From Candidatus Omnitrophota bacterium (lineage in GTDB: Bacteria; Omnitrophota; 4484-213): a DNA stretch of 24,830 bases. The position numbers and the translations under genes were made by a program. The notes under the pieces are model-generated. The model saw only the letters and a program-made list of their open reading frames with translations. It made no database searches and was not told the DNA's origin. Location of the stretch: assembly GCA_030639955.1 (NCBI GenBank), contig DAOWKH010000045.1, positions 1-24,830 of the forward strand. Direction: 5' to 3'. Within the stretch, counting starts at the first letter, position 1. Each line of letters opens with the position of its first letter. Positions 1 through 8,014 of the stretch are shown here, one piece after another.

Positions 1-327
1 GGTTTTGCCTAACAGTTCAATTGCCCTTTCACGTTCGGTCACTCCCGGCAATTGGACAACTATTCTATTCTTGCCCTGGGTCTGGATAGAGGGCTCGGAA
101 ACGCCAAACTGGTCAATGCGGTTGCGCACAATCGCCAATGCCCTTTCCAAAACCCCTTTTTTCTCTTCGGAAGAAAGTTGAGAAGTATCCACCTGCAAAA
201 CCAAATGCATCCCTCCCTGTAAATCCAAACCGAGATTTATCTTCTTCTGTAAAGGCAAGCTGAGATGCAGGGCTAATCCGGTAATCAAAACCACCAAAAT
301 AATCTTCCATTTTAATTTTCTGAGCAT
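1..327 (-). CDS. secD: Protein translocase subunit SecD (or SecDF), N-terminal part, running off the left edge
   Basis: Hand translation from ATG at 327: MLRKLKWKIILVVLITGLALHLSLPLQKKINLGLDLQGGMHLVLQVDT...VRNRIDQFGVSEPSIQTQGKNRIVVQLPGV..., open to base 1. LGLDLQGG and RIDxFGVSEP are SecD motifs. SD AGGAAAGGAG lies 8 nt upstream. Not in the ORF track. Confidence 0.95.
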   Translation of the reverse strand, partial: MLRKLKWKIILVVLITGLALHLSLPLQKKINLGLDLQGGMHLVLQVDTSQLSSEEKKGVLERALAIVRNRIDQFGVSEPSIQTQGKNRIVVQLPGVTERERAIELLGKT

Positions 328-335
328 TGTTGTTT

Positions 336-384
336 CTCCTTTCCTCACTCGCCGCAGGCGAGAGCCTGAGCGAAGCGAAGGATA
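336..384 (-). repeat. 49-nt leader element including the SD, copy 1 (secD)
   Basis: 46/49 identical to 14604-14652. Confidence 0.9.
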
Positions 385-408
385 GAAATTTATTTGCTCT
401 TTCTATTT

Positions 409-439
409 ATCGCAGTAATCTTTCTTAATCTGTGTAATC
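409..439. repeat. AATC-anchored 9-nt-period repeat patch, copy 1
   Basis: taatctgtgtaatc (426-439) is the exact reverse complement of 14870-14883. Confidence 0.6.
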
Positions 440-463
440 AAGGTGTCCTTCTTAGGACGCCTT

Positions 464-492
464 ATTATAGCAAATTCCCCCCCAACTTGCAA
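464..492 (-). promoter_or_regulatory. Sigma70-type promoter for secD
   Basis: Minus strand TTGCAA (492-487), 17-nt spacer ending in TGc, TATAAT (469-464). Confidence 0.7.
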
Positions 493-494
493 AT

Positions 495-521
495 AAAAAA
501 GGGCAGGTTAACTGCCCTTTT
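495..521 (-). terminator. Intrinsic terminator after the 547-aa gene
   Basis: Stem aaaagggcag/ctgccctttt with 5-nt loop; T6 tract follows on the minus strand. Confidence 0.75.
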
Positions 522-536
522 GTTAAATCTCTAATA

Positions 537-560
537 TGAGTGAGGTTTCGCCTCACTCAA
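537..560. repeat. Short palindrome tgagtgagg-tttcg-cctcactca; empty version of the folD insertion
   Basis: 9-bp stem; same arms as 3191-3238. Confidence 0.8.
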
Positions 561-569
561 GCAAAGTTA

Positions 570-2213
570 TTATATCGTTACTACTGTTTCTCCTTCTTGA
601 TATGCTTTTTCTACTCTTTGGTAGCTTTCTAAATCTTCTGTGGTCGTCTCAGCAGTCCAATCAAATTCTTTCTTTCTTACCTTTGCAAGTATCTGTTCTG
701 GGTTTTTAATTCGGTTATTAGCTAAGAACATTCCCAAATATCTCTCATATTCATCAGAAACTTCAGGAGCAAAACCATCCACTACAGCAAACAGAACAAG
801 CCGTAGTTTATTCTCACTTTCTTTAACTGCAGGTATTTTTGTTATTTGCGAAGAGTCGCTTTCTTCTAATCGTTTCTCCCATTTCTTTATATCCTTATTT
901 TTCTTTCTGTATGCTAAATTAATTACAGCACTAAATTGGCTGGGGGGAAATCCCAAATCAAGATATTTAGCAATTCTCTCTTCAGCATCATCAGGACCTA
1001 TAACCCCAACCGATGGATCTCCTTCTTTTAAACCCAAGACATTTCTTATTTTCTGCCTCAGTTCTCTATCTTCATAAGGAACAACAAAATTCAGGAAGTT
1101 CCCGGTTGCAAATAAACCCTCCTTTATTCCAAGAAGTGCTTCCTTAATCCCTAATATTGGTTTGCCTTCTTCATCAAAGAGAGAAGTAGCATCTACAAAA
1201 CGATGGTACGGAGCATGTATGGACTCTGCATCTGAAATAAACATACTGTGAAAATCTTCTGCAGAAGCCCCAACAAGAGGTTGGTAATATTCAACAACCA
1301 TTCCTTTTATTTTCTCACTTGCCGTTTCACCGGCTAAAATTTCTGGAGCTAATTCGGCAAAGACAGAACGGGCAGAGTTAAAGATTTTTGTGTTTTCTTT
1401 TCTCTCGGCTCGCCATTTCTCAATTTGTTCAAAAATTTCTCTTTTTTCAGACGCCTGCTTTTGTAAATCCTCCTCAATTCCCTCGCGTATTTTTTTCTTT
1501 CCTATGGACAAATCCCCTGCTAATCCTGACTTCGCCTCTGCTATTGCCATTACTGTTTTCGAACTCTCAGCTTGATAGAATCCAGGTCGTAAGAATCTAG
1601 AAAAAACGCCCCTGTCCTGTAAATGCTTTATTGTTGCCTCAATTTGTTCTTCTTTTTTCTTAAGTTGATTACCGAAGTCGGCAATTCCATCTGCTAAATC
1701 CCTGTTTCTTTTTCTAATCTTATCCTCTAATCCCAAAAGAATTTCTAATGTATTTTCAGCTGGTCGTCCGCCGGAATTTATAACATTCAGTAAAATTGAA
1801 GTAGATACTCTCACCCTTTCGGTATCCTCTTTTGTCTGGCTAAGTAATTCTTTTATTAAAATCTCTCTAAAACCCGGAGCGACTCCTCCTACAATCTGAT
1901 CTTCTACTTCCCCCATCCTTTCTTCACTACCTCCAAAAGCTGAATCTATCCGTGTTCTAAATTGAGGCATACCTGTAGTACCAGAGTATTTGTTGGCGAG
2001 TTCTATTCCTTTAGTCGCCCTATATGCTCGCTTTACATGGCTTTCAAAAGGCGCATCTTCAGGACCCATACCGACTCCATCAGGATTTCGGCTCGCTCCT
2101 GACAACATCTTCATCCCATAAGCTGGATAAGGAACGCTGGTTAACAAAAAAGCAATAGCTATTGTTAGTGACCAAAATTTCATTGACTTTAATAAGTTCA
2201 TTTTAGCCCCCAT
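570..2213 (-). CDS. Uncharacterised secreted protein (547 aa; start possibly ATG 2201)
   Basis: Long ORF with a signal-peptide-like N-terminus (KSMKFWSLTIAIAFLLTSVPYPAYG), charged helical mid-region, own promoter and terminator. No family recognised. Confidence 0.8.
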   Translation of the reverse strand: MGAKMNLLKSMKFWSLTIAIAFLLTSVPYPAYGMKMLSGASRNPDGVGMGPEDAPFESHVKRAYRATKGIELANKYSGTTGMPQFRTRIDSAFGGSEERMGEVEDQIVGGVAPGFREILIKELLSQTKEDTERVRVSTSILLNVINSGGRPAENTLEILLGLEDKIRKRNRDLADGIADFGNQLKKKEEQIEATIKHLQDRGVFSRFLRPGFYQAESSKTVMAIAEAKSGLAGDLSIGKKKIREGIEEDLQKQASEKREIFEQIEKWRAERKENTKIFNSARSVFAELAPEILAGETASEKIKGMVVEYYQPLVGASAEDFHSMFISDAESIHAPYHRFVDATSLFDEEGKPILGIKEALLGIKEGLFATGNFLNFVVPYEDRELRQKIRNVLGLKEGDPSVGVIGPDDAEERIAKYLDLGFPPSQFSAVINLAYRKKNKDIKKWEKRLEESDSSQITKIPAVKESENKLRLVLFAVVDGFAPEVSDEYERYLGMFLANNRIKNPEQILAKVRKKEFDWTAETTTEDLESYQRVEKAYQEGETVVTI

Positions 2214-2240
2214 TTTTCCAAAAGTAACAAGAAAAGTTTA

Positions 2241-2365
2241 AAATGTCTAATTGCTCTAATTTCTAATGTCTAATCAATGACTAATGTCCAATGACCAATA
2301 ATTGTTTAGACATTTGTCATTAGACATTCTTTAGGTCAATTAGGTTAATTAGTCATTAGACATTT
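2241..2365. repeat. Inverted heptamer-array element (aatgtct / agacatt units)
   Basis: Left arm aatgtct, aattgct, aatttct, aatgtct, aatgact, aatgtcc, aatgacc; right arm agacatt, tgtcatt, agacatt, agtcatt, agacatt. Perfect 11-bp terminal inverted repeat aaatgtctaat/attagacattt. Confidence 0.85.
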
Positions 2366-2384
2366 ATGATATTCTATTAGAAAA

Positions 2385-2413
2385 ATTCTACCATTCTTCT
2401 CTTTCTTTGTCAA
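2385..2413 (-). promoter_or_regulatory. Sigma70-type promoter for the 547-aa gene
   Basis: TTGACA (2413-2408), 17-nt spacer ending in TGg, TAGAAT (2390-2385). Confidence 0.75.
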
Positions 2414-2470
2414 GTGTTTTTTTTATTACTTTTTAAAGATGTTTAAAAAGGGAGAAAAATAAAAAATGCC

Positions 2471-3304
2471 TCAAACCTGCTTCTTAAAGCACTCCAAAGT
2501 ATTTCTCATCAACATTGCCGTGGTTATTGGACCCACACCCCCGGGCACAGGAGTGAGAAATTTTGCCTTTTTCTCTACCTCTCTATCCACATCTCCGACA
2601 ATTTTATCCTTTAGATAATTAATCCCCACATCAATCACTACTGCTCCTTTTTTGACCATTTCGGGTTTAATAAAATTTGGCTTACCCGTAGCCACAATCA
2701 GAATATCTGCCCTCTGGGTATGCGAAATTAAATCTTTGGTAGCAATGTTGCAGCTCGTAAGCGTAGCCATTTTATCTAAAAGAAGATTAAAAAGCGGCTT
2801 GCCCACGCAATCACTGCTGCCAATAATTACTACTTCTTTTCCGCTGAGCTTTATCTTTGCCTCTTTTAGTATCTCTATTATTGCTAAAGCAGTGCAAGGA
2901 ATTATATTGCTCTTGGGGTGCATTCCCTCTACATCCTTTTCTAATTTCAAAGCCGAAAAAACTTTTTTGGGCTGGATATGCGCAGGTAAAGGAAGATGAA
3001 TAATTATACCATTGATGCTTTTATCATTGTTTAATTTCTGGATGAAAGCGATTAGAGCTTTTTGCGAAATATCTTTGAAACCCCGGGCAGAATATTTTAT
3101 TCCTATTTCACAAACCTTTTTTTGAACGCGGGCATAAATACGAACATCCTTATTGTCTCCCACCTGAACACTTACCAAATGGGGAACCTTTGAGTGAGGT
3201 TTCCCTCGGCTTCGCCGAGAGGCGAGCGCCTCACTCAACTTCGCCAATTCTCCCTTAACCTCTTTTTTTATCCTTTCCGCAATTGGCCGACAAGATAGAA
3301 TCAT
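2471..3304 (-). CDS. folD: Methylenetetrahydrofolate dehydrogenase, FolD family
   Basis: Motifs GIIIHLPLP, KDVEG, VIIGSSDCVGKP, VIDVGIN, TPVPGGVGPITTAMLMRN. ATGA overlap with the upstream gene. Confidence 0.93.
   Translation of the reverse strand: MILSCRPIAERIKKEVKGELAKLSEALASRRSRGKPHSKVPHLVSVQVGDNKDVRIYARVQKKVCEIGIKYSARGFKDISQKALIAFIQKLNNDKSINGIIIHLPLPAHIQPKKVFSALKLEKDVEGMHPKSNIIPCTALAIIEILKEAKIKLSGKEVVIIGSSDCVGKPLFNLLLDKMATLTSCNIATKDLISHTQRADILIVATGKPNFIKPEMVKKGAVVIDVGINYLKDKIVGDVDREVEKKAKFLTPVPGGVGPITTAMLMRNTLECFKKQV
3190..3238. repeat. Nested palindrome in frame within folD
   Basis: ttgagtgagg...cctcactcaa outer stem enclosing ctcggc-ttc-gccgag; encodes roughly LSEALASRRSRGKPHSK. Confidence 0.85.
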
Positions 3305-3804
3305 ATTAGTTCCCTTGCCCCTTTTGCCCCTGCCTGCAGGAGAATACGGGCAATTTTCAAATCACTGAGTAAATTTTTATTTCCTTTTTTCGTCAAAAAA
3401 GGAATCAACTTTAAGCCCTGCTCACAATTTTTACAAATTGCAACAGGGATTTTCTGCATCATTTGTTTTGCTTTTTTTCTTTTTAGTAAAGAACTACTTT
3501 TGTTAAAAAAAACAGAAACTGCCTTCGCATCCTCATCAATAAGTTTAATCAATTCTTTTTTTATTTTGGTTGCTTTTTGTAAAATTTTGCGGATTTGGGG
3601 AGAGCTTGCCCTGTTAAATTGCTCGCCTTTCAGGCGAGCACCCCGTTTTGACGGGGATTTAACAGGGTGAACACTACAGTTGGCGACCATTTGCAATAAA
3701 CTAATCCCCAATGCCCCGCTCAAAGCCGCCGCACTCCCTCCGCCGGGAGCAGGTTTCTTCGCCCCTAAATCATCTAAAAATTTCTCTAAAGTTATTTTTT
3801 TCAT
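3301..3804 (-). CDS. fchA: Cyclodeaminase/cyclohydrolase family protein (FTCD C-terminal domain, FchA-like)
   Basis: N-terminal [26 protein letters not shown] and NLLSDL motifs; adjacent to folD. Shorter than typical members at the C-terminus. Confidence 0.8.
   Translation of the reverse strand: MKKITLEKFLDDLGAKKPAPGGGSAAALSGALGISLLQMVANCSVHPVKSPSKRGARLKGEQFNRASSPQIRKILQKATKIKKELIKLIDEDAKAVSVFFNKSSSLLKRKKAKQMMQKIPVAICKNCEQGLKLIPFLTKKGNKNLLSDLKIARILLQAGAKGARELI
3609..3667. repeat. Three-way-junction palindrome in frame within fchA
   Basis: ccctgttaaat...atttaacaggg enclosing tgctcgcct-ttc-aggcgagca and ccccgt-tttg-acgggg. Confidence 0.9.
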
Positions 3805-4361
3805 TTCTTAATTAGTGCTAACACCTCCTGCCTTGTCTTCTCATTTTTCTTAAATGCCCCTCTTAAGGCGCTTGTAGTTACCAGTGTCCCCGGTTTTTTA
3901 ATTCCGCGCATCACCATACACAGATGCTCGGCTTCGATTATTACCAATACCCCTTTGGGCTGTAATTTTTTTACTATTAAATCGGCTATTTGATTGGTCA
4001 ACCTCTCCTGTATCTGGAGACGCTGAGACAAAAGAGATAAAACTCGCACAATCTTGCTCAATCCCACTACCTTATTATTGGCCGGAATATAGGCAATATG
4101 CGCCTTTCCCACAAAGGGGAGAATATGGTGTTCACAAATCGAGAAAAATGGAATATTCCTTAACAGAATTATCTCGTCATAACTCTCGGAAAATGTTTTT
4201 TTTAATTCCTGGGCGGCATCTTTTTCATAGCCCTGAAAAATCTCCGCACACATTCGGGCAACCCGTTCGGGCGTATCTTTAAGCCCTTCTCTTTTTGCAT
4301 CCTCGCCAATGGCTTCTAAAAATATTCTTACCGCTTGCTCAATTTTCTTTTTATCCATCAT
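3801..4361 (-). CDS. folE: GTP cyclohydrolase I
   Basis: [55 protein letters not shown]. Confidence 0.97.
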   Translation of the reverse strand: MMDKKKIEQAVRIFLEAIGEDAKREGLKDTPERVARMCAEIFQGYEKDAAQELKKTFSESYDEIILLRNIPFFSICEHHILPFVGKAHIAYIPANNKVVGLSKIVRVLSLLSQRLQIQERLTNQIADLIVKKLQPKGVLVIIEAEHLCMVMRGIKKPGTLVTTSALRGAFKKNEKTRQEVLALIKK

Positions 4362-5740
4362 TTTCCTATGCAGAACCGACTAAAAATTCTCTCCAAAATA
4401 TCATCGCTTGCGGTCTCGCCACTAATCTCTCCCAGACAATCAATTGCCTCTTTTAGGTCCACGGCTAAAAATTCTTCGCTCAGCTTTTTTTCTATTCCCT
4501 GCTTAAAGTTTATCAGTGCCTGTTTTGCTTTTATCAAGCTTCCTTTCTGGCGGAGATTAGAAATTAGCACCTCGCTTGCTGAACTGCATACCTCTCCCTG
4601 CCAAACAGAATTAGTAATCGCCTTATCTAATAACGGCAAATTCCTTTCCTCGGTTGCCGAAATACTTACGAGCTCTGCTTCTAAATCTAAATCCTGGCAG
4701 AGCTTCCGGGGAGAAACTTTCTGGGGTAAATCAATTTTATTAATTATCACGAGCAACTTCTTACCCTTGATTTCTTTGGCAATCTGTTTATCTTCTTTGG
4801 CAATATCTGTAGAGCCATCAATTATAAATAGAATCAGGTCTGCTTTTTTTAAAGAATTCTGACTGCGGATAATCCCCTCTTTCTCTACAACGCCTTCGCT
4901 TTCCCTTATGCCGGCAGTATCTACAAGACAAAAAGGAATTCCCTTTAAGTCAATTATTTCTTCAACTGTGTCGCGGGTCGTTCCAGGCACTGGAGTTACA
5001 ATGGCGCGGTCTTTTTTCAACAAAACATTAAAAATGCTTGACTTCCCCACATTCGGCTTGCCGCAGATGGCAGTCAGAATTCCCTTTCTCAAAATAATCC
5101 CTTGTTCTGCCTTCTCTAAGATTTTCTCAATCTTTGCCTTTGCTTTCTCTGTCTTTCTTAAAATCTCTTCCGGCGAAACAAAAGGGATATCCTCCTCGGG
5201 AAAATCTATTTCGGCCTCAATCTGCGTCCTTATATCCAACAAACTCTCTCTAATTTCTCTAATTTTAAGCGATAAATGTCCCTCTAATTGCCCTACTGCT
5301 GCCCTCAGACCGGCCTCGGTCTTTGCCTGAATAATGCTTAAAACCGCCTCGGCTTGAGAAAGGTCAATGCGTCCATTCAGAAATGCTCTTTTGGTGAACT
5401 CGCCGGGCTCGGCTAATCGCACTCCGTTTTCAATGACTAAATCTAAAATTTTCTTTAAAACAACAATCCCGCTGTGGCAGTTAATTTCAACAGTATCTTC
5501 TCGGGTATAACTCTGGCTTGCAAACATTACGCTTAACAGCACTTCATCAATTATTCTGCCTCGGGATTCTATGATATGTCCATAATGTAATTTATGACTT
5601 TCAAATCTAAATGGCTTTTTTTCTTGGGGAGAGCGAAAAATTTTATCGGCAACAAGAAAAGCTCTCTTGCCGCTTATGCGCACAATCCCAATCCCTCCCT
5701 CTCCTAAAGGAGTGGAGATAGCAGTAATGGTATTGTTCAT
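4358..5740 (-). CDS. mnmE: tRNA modification GTPase MnmE/TrmE
   Basis: [58 protein letters not shown]-terminal FSRFCIGK. Confidence 0.98.
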   Translation of the reverse strand: MNNTITAISTPLGEGGIGIVRISGKRAFLVADKIFRSPQEKKPFRFESHKLHYGHIIESRGRIIDEVLLSVMFASQSYTREDTVEINCHSGIVVLKKILDLVIENGVRLAEPGEFTKRAFLNGRIDLSQAEAVLSIIQAKTEAGLRAAVGQLEGHLSLKIREIRESLLDIRTQIEAEIDFPEEDIPFVSPEEILRKTEKAKAKIEKILEKAEQGIILRKGILTAICGKPNVGKSSIFNVLLKKDRAIVTPVPGTTRDTVEEIIDLKGIPFCLVDTAGIRESEGVVEKEGIIRSQNSLKKADLILFIIDGSTDIAKEDKQIAKEIKGKKLLVIINKIDLPQKVSPRKLCQDLDLEAELVSISATEERNLPLLDKAITNSVWQGEVCSSASEVLISNLRQKGSLIKAKQALINFKQGIEKKLSEEFLAVDLKEAIDCLGEISGETASDDILERIFSRFCIGK

Positions 5741-5744
5741 ACTT

Positions 5745-5854
5745 CAAAACCAAATACCAAATATCAAATATCAAAAACACATATTAAAAATGTAAAAATA
5801 TTTTTTGTATTTTTGGTTTGTATATTTGATTTTTTATTTTTGATTTTTGATATT
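5745..5854. repeat. Inverted heptamer-array element (caaatat / atatttg-atttttg units)
   Basis: Arms caaatac-caaatat-caaatat-caaaaac and atatttg-atttttt-atttttg-atttttg. Inner core shared with 21097-21236. Contains the folC stop codon. Confidence 0.8.
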
Positions 5855-7066
5855 CTTTATCGCTTCTCCCGCTAAATAAAATGAGCCGCTGATTAAAATT
5901 AGGGTATTGGCTGAAGCACCTTTGTAGGCAAGATTTAAGGCCTCTTTTATATTTCTTGCTCCTTCTCCTTGCTCGCCGCTTCTTCTTCTTAACCCTTTTA
6001 TTGTCTCACAGCGTCGGTTTTTAAAGCGGGTAAAGATTATCCTTTTGCAAGCGGGGAAAATAACCCTGCTCATTCCTTCAATATCCTTATCTCTGCAGGC
6101 GGAAAAGATGAGCACTATTTCAGCAGAGGGAAACCGTTTTTCTATCGCCTTTTTCAAAAATTCTGTCGCTGCGGGATTATGGGCTCCATCTAATAAAATT
6201 TGATATTTTTTATTTTGTTTAATGATTGAAATTTCTTCTAATCTTCCCGGCCAATATGCATTTCTAAGTCCTTGTTTTATAGCTCTTTGCGAAACTGGGA
6301 ATTTTTCGCTTAATTTCTCCAAAACTTTAAGTGCTAAGAGGGCATTCTCCGGTTTTCTTAGCGACACATCCCGAGCCTCAAATAACTGAGCATCTTTCTC
6401 TTTACATCTCTTTTCAATTATCTTTCTAACCTCTTTCTTCTGCGGAGCAGAGACCACCTGCGCGCCTCTTTTGATTATCCCCACCTTTTCTTTAGCAATT
6501 TTAGTTAAGCTATTACCTAATTCCTGACAATGCTCAAGAGCAATAGGAGTGAGGACACAGAGCAAAGGGTTAACAACATTAGTGGCATCCAATCTTCCTC
6601 CCATTCCTGTCTCAATAATTGCTAAATCTACCTTTTGTTGAGCAAAATAGAGAAAAGCGGCAGCGGTGAGCGCTTCAAAAAAACTGAGTTTGTCTCTGTT
6701 TTTCCTTTCTATCTGAGCAATTCTGTCTATTGAATCGGCAAAATCCTTTCTGGAAATTATGTCCTTAAATAACCCCGTTGAGGAATTAAGCCAGGAGCCG
6801 CGAATCCTTTCTCTTGGACAGATTAAATGCGGAGAAGAAAAAAAACCGACTTTATAACCCTCTTCTTTTAATACCCTGAAAATAAAATTTCCTACTGTCC
6901 CCTTTCCATTGCTACCAGTAATATGGACGGACAAAAATTTTCTCTGCGGATTTCCTACTGCTTGCAAAAAATTTCTTATCCTCTTTAGGTTAAAACTACA
7001 AGTTCCTCTATTTTGCTCATAATTAGAAAGAGAATTGAGGTAGGTTATTGCCTGGGAGTAAAGCAT
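5834..7066 (-). CDS. folC: Bifunctional folylpolyglutamate synthase/dihydrofolate synthase
   Basis: VHITGSNGKGT, FSSPHL, ETGMGGRLDATNV, WPGRLE, LDGAHNP, SGSFYLAGE. Start moved to ATG 7066 (MLYSQAITYL) because the track's first 11 codons lie inside the tRNA. Confidence 0.95.
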   Translation of the reverse strand: MLYSQAITYLNSLSNYEQNRGTCSFNLKRIRNFLQAVGNPQRKFLSVHITGSNGKGTVGNFIFRVLKEEGYKVGFFSSPHLICPRERIRGSWLNSSTGLFKDIISRKDFADSIDRIAQIERKNRDKLSFFEALTAAAFLYFAQQKVDLAIIETGMGGRLDATNVVNPLLCVLTPIALEHCQELGNSLTKIAKEKVGIIKRGAQVVSAPQKKEVRKIIEKRCKEKDAQLFEARDVSLRKPENALLALKVLEKLSEKFPVSQRAIKQGLRNAYWPGRLEEISIIKQNKKYQILLDGAHNPAATEFLKKAIEKRFPSAEIVLIFSACRDKDIEGMSRVIFPACKRIIFTRFKNRRCETIKGLRRRSGEQGEGARNIKEALNLAYKGASANTLILISGSFYLAGEAIKNIKNQK

Positions 7067-7069
7067 AGT

Positions 7070-7154
7070 TGGTGCCGGAGAGAGGATTTGAACCTCCAAG
7101 GGTTACCCCACATGGTCCTAAACCATGCGTGTCTGCCAATTTCACCACTCCGGC
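7070..7154 (-). tRNA. tRNA-Leu (anticodon TAG), CCA encoded
   Basis: Minus strand gccggag...gtgaaattggcagacac-g-catggtttaggaccatg-tggggtaaccct-t-ggaggttcaaatcctct-ctccggc-acca; 85-nt class II cloverleaf with variable arm. Confidence 0.97.
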
Positions 7155-7162
7155 ATTCTGAA

Positions 7163-8014
7163 TTACCCTATTCCCTGCTTCATAAATTGGAGCAAAATAG
7201 GGCCGGCAACAATTATCAAAACTACCGGCAAAATAAACAGCATTAACGGAATAAGCAGCTTTACCGGCGCCTGCAGGGCAAGTTTTTCTCCGCGTTGAAA
7301 CCGCTGGAGTCGAACCTCCTGGGAAAGATTATGCAATGCCTCAGCAATGCTGGTACCCATTCGGTCGGCTTGAACTAATGTGCGCACGAAAGAAGAAACA
7401 TCAGGTATGTCTATTCTCTCTCCCATATTCAACAAGGCCTCCCTGCGCGACCTACCAATTCTGGTTTCCTGCCACATTCGTCCCAACTCTTCAATGAAGG
7501 AATTGGGCTTACTTTCTCTCACTACCCGATTTACGGCTAACATAAAATCAAGCCCTGCCTCTACAGAAAGAGATAATAAATCCACAACATCCGGGAGGGC
7601 ATGCCTAATCTCTCGCTGCCTATTTTGAATCTTATTCCTTAACCATAAATCGGGAAGGAAAAAGCCGATGACAAACGACAACATAAAATGTAGCGGGCTT
7701 ATCCCTCTACTAATCAATAAATAAAACAGGCAGCAAAGAACGCTTGCTATCTCTTTTAAGGATAAAAATTGCTCAGCTGTGAATTCTGCACCTCCGCAAA
7801 CCAATCTCCTTTGTAAACTTTCCTTTAGCCCGGGGAGATTTAAACGCTTATTCAAAGGAGCCAGAAAGTCCAAAACAACCTTGGCTTCCTTTTTTTCTTC
7901 TCCTTCGGAAATCAGACGCTGACGAATTCTTTGCTCACTGCGTTTGGGAAAGAAAGAAATCACCAAAATAAGAACCGCCGTAAAGATAAACAGTAAAGAG
8001 ATGAAATAAATCAT
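7163..8014 (-). CDS. tadC: Tad pilus inner-membrane platform protein TadC (T2SS F family)
   Basis: ALPDVVDLLSLSVEAGLDF, IGRSRREAL, LVQADRMGTSIAEAL, APVKLLIPL..FILP. Confidence 0.88.
   Translation of the reverse strand: MIYFISLLFIFTAVLILVISFFPKRSEQRIRQRLISEGEEKKEAKVVLDFLAPLNKRLNLPGLKESLQRRLVCGGAEFTAEQFLSLKEIASVLCCLFYLLISRGISPLHFMLSFVIGFFLPDLWLRNKIQNRQREIRHALPDVVDLLSLSVEAGLDFMLAVNRVVRESKPNSFIEELGRMWQETRIGRSRREALLNMGERIDIPDVSSFVRTLVQADRMGTSIAEALHNLSQEVRLQRFQRGEKLALQAPVKLLIPLMLFILPVVLIIVAGPILLQFMKQGIG

Noticed and set aside
113-310. 65-aa minus-strand ORF ending in TGA (possible recoding)
   Set aside because: It is an alternative frame of secD, which is open from 327 to the window edge; no evidence for stop-codon reassignment, and TGA terminates many genes here.
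7067-7099. N-terminal extension of FolC (MEVQILSPAPT)
   Set aside because: It is the T-arm and acceptor stem of tRNA-Leu read as codons.
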